Positions 63,801 through 64,000 of a stretch of DNA of 64,000 nt are shown one piece after another. Under the pieces are notes generated by a model, which was given only the letters and a program-made list of their open reading frames with translations, had not been told where the DNA came from and ran no database searches. The position numbers and the translations under genes were made by a program. Origin of the DNA: Auanema rhodensis (taxonomy: Eukaryota > Animalia > Nematoda); contig OZ059896.1 of assembly GCA_964057225.1 (NCBI GenBank), positions 2,976,001 through 3,040,000 on the forward strand. Direction: 5' to 3'. Numbering within the stretch: the first letter of the stretch is position 1; the number at the start of each line of letters is the position of its first letter.

Positions 63801-64000
63801 TCAACTGATATAAGTTCACACTTATATCCTCGATTTTCACCCTGAAGAATTAATTTTTTCGTTGAATAACATTGTCCATCGTTTTTGCCTTGAAAAAAGG
63901 AATCTAAAAACATCTACTTTTTGCTAAATTATTCTCAAATTTTTCGAAAAAATTTTTGTCAAAATGTTTTTGGAAGCAATTTTGAGTGTACATGGAAACT
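60900..64000 (+). repeat. 5-mer HOR, about two copies, runs off the window end
   Basis: AAGTTGCG (61641/63396) and ATTCTCAAA (62179/63934) are both offset by 1755 = 5x351. Confidence 0.85.

Larger units (their letters stand above)
1..64000. repeat. 351-bp monomer tandem satellite DNA array (about 182-183 head-to-tail copies, continues past both window edges)
   Basis: GATCTGT(GT/AC)TATCAGATTTGCGCTAGC recurs at 1, 352, 703, 1054 and onward with period 351 to the end of the window. Copies differ by a few substitutions and rare 1-bp indels in A/T runs. No inversion or unique insert was seen. Confidence 0.99.

Noticed and set aside
1-64000. CRISPR array or other repeat-spacer system
   Set aside because: There are no unique spacers. 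The entire 351 bp is repeated, the variable patch differs only by point substitutions, and no cas or other genes are present.
1-64000. Assignment to a named satellite family or species
   Set aside because: The length and AT content resemble several invertebrate satellites, but I cannot match the sequence from memory. A database search is required.

Overview
The whole 64-kb window is one uninterrupted head-to-tail tandem array of an AT-rich 351-bp monomer (first monomer hand-counted at about 31% GC; about 182-183 copies, all in one orientation). It looks like eukaryotic (peri)centromeric or heterochromatic satellite DNA. I see no genes, RNA genes, transposons, CRISPR spacers or unique sequence, and the six ORFs are chance read-throughs of monomer variants. 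I cannot assign the satellite family or species, and I found no new gene-based system. The interesting content is structural. (1) The monomer is largely tiled by inverted repeats, including a ~65-nt hairpin with a perfect 11-bp stem. (2) Shared single-base variants reveal local higher-order repeats (HORs) and block duplications at 3-, 4-, 5-, 6-, 7-, 10-, 12- and 14-16-monomer spacings, grouped in successive variant domains. (3) One monomer has a 115-bp microhomology-flanked deletion, and its intact sibling lies 5 monomers away. (4) Some variant haplotypes reappear 16-33 kb outside their home domain. All offsets were read by eye and should be confirmed by alignment.
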